DNA from: Candidatus Eiseniibacteriota bacterium
GTDB lineage: Bacteria > Eisenbacteria > RBG-16-71-46
Direction of reading: 5' to 3'
DNA length: 11,749 bases
NCBI GenBank assembly: GCA_031364845.1
Contig: JANLWX010000122.1
Span: forward strand, 1 to 11,749
In this document: positions 7,770 through 11,749 of the stretch, piece by piece
Numbering within the stretch: the first letter of the stretch is position 1
Layout: the number at the start of each line of letters is the position of its first letter
Notes under the pieces: model-generated
What the model was told of the DNA's origin: nothing
Databases searched by the model: none
Seen by the model: only the letters and a program-made list of their open reading frames with translations
Made by a program: the position numbers and the translations under genes

Positions 7770-7798
7770 TTTACATCGCGCGCGGGCACCCATATAGT
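7770..7798 (+). promoter_or_regulatory. Near-consensus sigma70 promoter for the S55 peptidase operon
   Basis: TTTACA (7770-7775), exactly 17 nt, TATAGT (7793-7798). Each hexamer matches TTGACA/TATAAT at 5/6, which stands out in a very GC-rich background. Confidence 0.75.
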
Positions 7799-7805
7799 TT
7801 CCTGC

Positions 7806-9668
7806 GTGATCCCGCGCCTGCTTGCAGTGTTGATTGCCGCATGCCTCTACCTGGCGATGCCGTCCACCGGCGATGCCGCGGGCGCGGCCCGCCCCGTCAC
7901 GACCCGGGTTCCCACCCTCGCGGTCGACCAGGTGAAGGCCGGGCAGAAGGCAATCGTCCGCACGGTGTTCGAGGGCTCCACGATCGAGGAGTTCGAAGCC
8001 GTGATCGTCGGCGTGCTCCACAACGGCCGCGCCGACGGCGACCTGATTCTCGGGCGCGCGACCTCCGAGCGCCTGAAGCTCACCGGCATCGCGCAGGGCA
8101 TGAGCGGCTCACCGGTGTACGTGGACGGAAAGCTCATCGGCGCGCTGTCGTCGGGCTGGCAGTTTTCGCGGGAACCGCTGTTCGGCATCACCCCGATCGG
8201 GGAGATGCTCGCGCTGTTGCGGCATCCGGCCGCGGAACCGGGTGGGGTGAGCGGTGGGCCGAGCGGAGCCGACATCGCAGGCATGGGCACCGACGTCCGC
8301 TTCGGCGAATTCCGCTGGGATCCCGAAGATGCATCCGGCGAGATGGCGCGTTCGAATGCGCCGCGCGCGACCCCTGCCGCCGCTGGCATTCCGGAAGCGC
8401 TGCACTTGCCCCTCGCGTGCGCGGGTCTCGATGGCGCGGCCCTCGAATTCGCGCGCGGTCTGCTCGCCCCGCTGAACCTCACCGCGGTTCCCGGCGGGCG
8501 GGCGCACTCCACGGGAGCCACGCCCGCGACCATCGAACCCGGCTCGGCACTCGCGGTCGATCTGCTGCGGGGTGATCTCGAGTTCTCGGCGATCGGCACC
8601 GTGACGTGGGTCGAGGATGGCCGAGTGCTCGCGTTCGGCCACCCATTCTTCCAGTCGGGGGATGTTCGGCTGCCGTTCTCCAACGCGGAGATCGCGACGA
8701 TCGTCGCGAGCGACGCCATCTCGTTCAAGCTCGGCATGCGCGGCACGACCGTCGGTGCGATACAACAGGATAGGCGCGCAGGCATTGCGGGCACGCTCGG
8801 CGCCTCGCCGGACATGCTTCCGTTCTCGGTCGCGATCGGCCCCGCCGCGAAGCCCGATCGCACGTATCGATTCGAAACGATCGAGGACCGCAATCTCGCG
8901 CCGACGCTGATCGCGATCGCGTCGCTCAACAGCCTGCTCGAATCGGGCGGCACCGGCGGCAACCAGTCGCTGCGCTGGACGCTCCAGCTTTACCGTCACG
9001 GCTTCGCTCCGCTCGTGGTGTCCGATGTCGCGACGGGAGAGGCTCCGACCACCGAGTTCGCCAACGGCGTGCTCGCACCGGTGCGGTTCCTGTTCGCGAA
9101 TCCGTTCGGCCGCCTTCAGCTCGACAGCGTTTCGGTCGAGGTCGAGCCCGAGCCCGGCCGCGCGCAGTGGACATTGCGCAACGCGCGGGTGCTCGAAGCG
9201 CGCGTGCGGCCGGGCGCAAGGGTGCGCGTGGCGTGCGACCTCGAACGCTGGCGTGGCGAACGCGTGAACCGCACGATCGAAGTGACGGTGCCCGCGGAAG
9301 CGCCCGAAGGACGCTACACATTGTGGCTCGGAGGCGGCGGCGAGTTGATGCGCTACGAGGCCCAGCGGCTTCCGGGACGCTACCGGCCGCTGTCGCTCGA
9401 TGACGCGTGGCGGCGGCTGTCGCAGGCCCGTCCGTCTGATGCGCTGTATGCGTCGCTGTTCGCACGCGCCAGCGAAGTGACGACCGACGGCCGCGATTAT
9501 CCCGAATTACCCGGCTCGGCATTGCCGCTGCTTGCGGACCCGCGCAGCGCCGGCGAGCGCGTGCGGCGCGGCGAGCTGGCGATGCTCGACGAACGCCGCT
9601 TCCCGCTCGATGCCCAGGTGCGGGGCGAAATCATGATTCCGATCGAAGTCGACCTCCAGGCTCCGTGA
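7806..9668 (+). CDS. Exported SpoIVB/peptidase S55-domain serine protease with C-terminal beta-rich domains, 620 aa
   Basis: GIAQGMSGSPVYVDGKLIGAL (S55 nucleophile motif, Ser codon 8103-8105) and AIGTVTWVEDGRVLAFGHPF (His codon 8640-8642). GTG 7806 gives the signal peptide MIPRLLAVLIAACLYLAMPSTGDA and lies downstream of the promoter, so it is preferred to the ORF-track start 7725. Confidence 0.88.
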   Translation: MIPRLLAVLIAACLYLAMPSTGDAAGAARPVTTRVPTLAVDQVKAGQKAIVRTVFEGSTIEEFEAVIVGVLHNGRADGDLILGRATSERLKLTGIAQGMSGSPVYVDGKLIGALSSGWQFSREPLFGITPIGEMLALLRHPAAEPGGVSGGPSGADIAGMGTDVRFGEFRWDPEDASGEMARSNAPRATPAAAGIPEALHLPLACAGLDGAALEFARGLLAPLNLTAVPGGRAHSTGATPATIEPGSALAVDLLRGDLEFSAIGTVTWVEDGRVLAFGHPFFQSGDVRLPFSNAEIATIVASDAISFKLGMRGTTVGAIQQDRRAGIAGTLGASPDMLPFSVAIGPAAKPDRTYRFETIEDRNLAPTLIAIASLNSLLESGGTGGNQSLRWTLQLYRHGFAPLVVSDVATGEAPTTEFANGVLAPVRFLFANPFGRLQLDSVSVEVEPEPGRAQWTLRNARVLEARVRPGARVRVACDLERWRGERVNRTIEVTVPAEAPEGRYTLWLGGGGELMRYEAQRLPGRYRPLSLDDAWRRLSQARPSDALYASLFARASEVTTDGRDYPELPGSALPLLADPRSAGERVRRGELAMLDERRFPLDAQVRGEIMIPIEVDLQAP

Positions 9669-9687
9669 TCCCGAAAGGACCGCATCG

Positions 9688-11749
9688 GTGACCGAATCCA
9701 CGGCCGCTTCTCACGTCACGCCGCGCGCACGGCTTTTGGCCGCCCACGCGGCGCTTCTGATGATGACGCTGTTCTGCGCCCGCTCCGGCGCTGCCGCCGA
9801 GACCCAGTGGTGGAACATCGATCGCGCGGCGGAGCACGCTCAGTCCGAACTGCGCGGGGCCACCGTGCGCCCCGAAGGGACGATCACGCTCGGACCCCGC
9901 ACGACCTCGGATCCGGCCGACAGCCTCGGCACCATCTGGTCGATGGCCCTGCTGCGCGACGGATCGGTCATGCTCGCCGGCGACCGCGGTCGCATCGATC
10001 GCTGGACCGAAGCGCGCGGAGTGCAGCCGTGGCTCACGCTTCCCGTGGGACAGGTGCTGGCACTCGCCGCGGATGGCGACGGCGTGATGGCGGGCACCGC
10101 GCCCGACGGTGCGATCTATCGGATCGGGGCCAAAGGCGACACGAGCCTCGTCGTTCGCACCGGCGAGCGTTACGTGTGGGCGCTCGCGCCCGGCAGCCGC
10201 GGCGTGTGGTACGCCGCCACCGGCACGCGCGGCCGCATCATGCGGATCGAAGGCGGGAAGGCGCGCGTGGTGCTGGATACGGACGAGAGCAATCTGGTTT
10301 CGCTGATTTCCGATGGCAAGGGCGGCGTGTTCGCGGGCGGCGACTCCAAAGGACGCGTACTGCACGTCGCCGCGGACGGGGTGACGAGCACGGTGTTCGA
10401 CGCGGCGGAGGACGAAGTGCGCGCGCTGGTACTCGGCGCGGACGGCGCGCTTTACGCGGCCGCACTCACCGCGTCGGCGGTCAGCGGTGCCGCAGCGGCG
10501 ACGGCGACGGCGGGAGAGAGCGCGGGAGATGAGGCCGAGGCGGTGGCGATCGCACCGGCCGCGGGTGCCGGCGGGCGCGCGGTGATCTATCGCATCGTCC
10601 CCGACAGTTCGGCGGCGCTGTGGTGGGTGGCGCCGCAGTCTCTGATTTACGCACTCGCGCGCGGGAGCGACGGCATCGTGGCGGCGACCGGAAATCGCGC
10701 GGCCGTTTATTCGGTGAACCAGATGAACGGCGGCACCGCGTGGCTCGCAGCACCCCAGGGCCAGATCACGGCACTCGCGGTCGGGAACGACGGCAAGGTG
10801 TACGCCGCGGCGTCCAATCCCGGTGCGGTGTGGCGTCTCGGTCCCGCGCGCGCCGAGCGCGGTGAGTTGATCTCCTCGGTGCTCGACGCGCGACGTCTCG
10901 CGCGCTTCGGGCGCATCACGTGGCGCGGCGAAGCGCGCGGAGGGCGCGTGGCACTCGAGACGCGCAGCGGCAACACCGACGTGCCCGATACCACGTGGAG
11001 TGCCTGGCGCGCGACCGGCAGCGACGACCGCAACCGCGCACCGGCCGCGCGCTACCTCCAGTGGAAGGCCGTGCTTTCGGGCGGTGATCCGCGGATCGAG
11101 TCGGTCGATGCCGCGTGGCGCGAAACCAACCTGCCGCCGCGGATCGAAGACATTTCGGTGGCGCCGCAGGCTGCAGCGTTTCGTGAAGGCGACATGATTC
11201 CGCGCTCGGAACCCGTGACGCAGACCCTTCCGGGCGGCCAGAAGGTGGAGTACTCGATCCCCAATCCGGCCACGCCGGAGCAACTCCGCGCATTGCCGTC
11301 GTGGGCGCAAGGTGTGCGCAGCATCCAGTGGAAGGGCAGCGATCCCAACGGCGACCCGCTGCGGTATCGCGTCGAGGTCGGACGTTCGATTGAAGGTCCG
11401 TGGGTCACCGTGGGCAAGGAACTGCTGGCGCCGGCGTTCACCTGGGACACGCACGCGCTCGCCGACGGCGGCTATCGTGTGCGCGTGACCGCAAGCGACG
11501 TGGCGGCGAATCCGGTGGGCGAGGAACGCACGGCGGAGGCACTCAGCGAACCGTTCCAGGTCGACAACACGCCACCCGAGATCACGGCCTTCGCGGCGAC
11601 CGCGGTTGCCGGCGGGATCCGCATCGAAGGCTCCGCGCGCGATACGGCGACCCCGATCACTCGCATCGAAGTCTCGATCGACAACGAGGCCGCGCGCACC
11701 GTCACGCCCGACGGCGGATTCGCCGACGGCCTCACGGCGTCGTTTCGAG
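9688..11749 (+). CDS. Large exported beta-propeller + Ig/FN3-like domain protein (3'-truncated; missing from ORF track)
   Basis: Manual translation from GTG 9688 (AAAGGA at 9674-9679) is open for 687 codons to the window end. It has a signal-like N-terminus (RARLLAAHAALLMMTLFCARSGAA), seven ~40-aa blade repeats (e.g. YVWALAPGSRGVWYAATGTRGRIMRI, QITALAVGNDGKVYAAASNPGAVWRL), then TRSGNT..PD.TWS.W / PAARYLQW and Ig-like WKGSDPNGDPLRY, FTWDTHALADGGYRVRVTASD, VDNTPPEI. Confidence 0.88.
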   Translation, partial: MTESTAASHVTPRARLLAAHAALLMMTLFCARSGAAAETQWWNIDRAAEHAQSELRGATVRPEGTITLGPRTTSDPADSLGTIWSMALLRDGSVMLAGDRGRIDRWTEARGVQPWLTLPVGQVLALAADGDGVMAGTAPDGAIYRIGAKGDTSLVVRTGERYVWALAPGSRGVWYAATGTRGRIMRIEGGKARVVLDTDESNLVSLISDGKGGVFAGGDSKGRVLHVAADGVTSTVFDAAEDEVRALVLGADGALYAAALTASAVSGAAAATATAGESAGDEAEAVAIAPAAGAGGRAVIYRIVPDSSAALWWVAPQSLIYALARGSDGIVAATGNRAAVYSVNQMNGGTAWLAAPQGQITALAVGNDGKVYAAASNPGAVWRLGPARAERGELISSVLDARRLARFGRITWRGEARGGRVALETRSGNTDVPDTTWSAWRATGSDDRNRAPAARYLQWKAVLSGGDPRIESVDAAWRETNLPPRIEDISVAPQAAAFREGDMIPRSEPVTQTLPGGQKVEYSIPNPATPEQLRALPSWAQGVRSIQWKGSDPNGDPLRYRVEVGRSIEGPWVTVGKELLAPAFTWDTHALADGGYRVRVTASDVAANPVGEERTAEALSEPFQVDNTPPEITAFAATAVAGGIRIEGSARDTATPITRIEVSIDNEAARTVTPDGGFADGLTASFR

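Noticed and set aside
7833..7844. IAAC lipobox making the S55 protease a lipoprotein
   Set aside because: The Cys is only residue 13 and hydrophobic residues continue after it (LYLAM), with a plausible SPase I site later (GDA/AGA). Not excluded, but unsupported without a SignalP-type prediction.
9631..11454. 607-aa minus-strand ORF in the ORF track
   Set aside because: Antisense shadow of the real plus-strand propeller gene (9688 to window end), which the track missed because it has no stop in the window.
1..11749. Frequent GCGCGC/CGATCG palindromic words as a repeat family
   Set aside because: Explained by high GC and Ala/Arg/Ile codon usage. No regular spacing, array or long direct repeat was seen.

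Overview
High-GC bacterial chromosomal window, densely coding, with no mobile element, CRISPR array or RNA gene detected. In order: the 3' end of rpsA followed by a strong hairpin; a secreted TPR+SPOR gene coupled by an ATGA overlap to mutS; a convergent minus-strand four-gene unit in which every junction is a 4-bp start/stop overlap (YitJ-type homocysteine methyltransferase/MTHFR fusion, 4-TM 'phage holin family' protein, membrane HEAT-repeat protein, YkgJ/CxxCxxCC protein); and a divergent plus-strand pair. The pair encodes an exported SpoIVB/S55-like serine peptidase and a large exported 7-bladed beta-propeller/Ig-like protein that runs off the window and is absent from the ORF track. The most notable observation is that the S55 domain looks circularly permuted relative to Bacillus SpoIVB (catalytic Ser block before the His block, no PDZ), so the pair is a candidate uncharacterised cell-envelope proteolytic system. 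All three operon-first genes have sigma70-like -10 boxes 7-9 nt before the start codon and no Shine-Dalgarno, suggesting leaderless mRNAs. Family assignments come from motif recognition by eye, and no searches were run.
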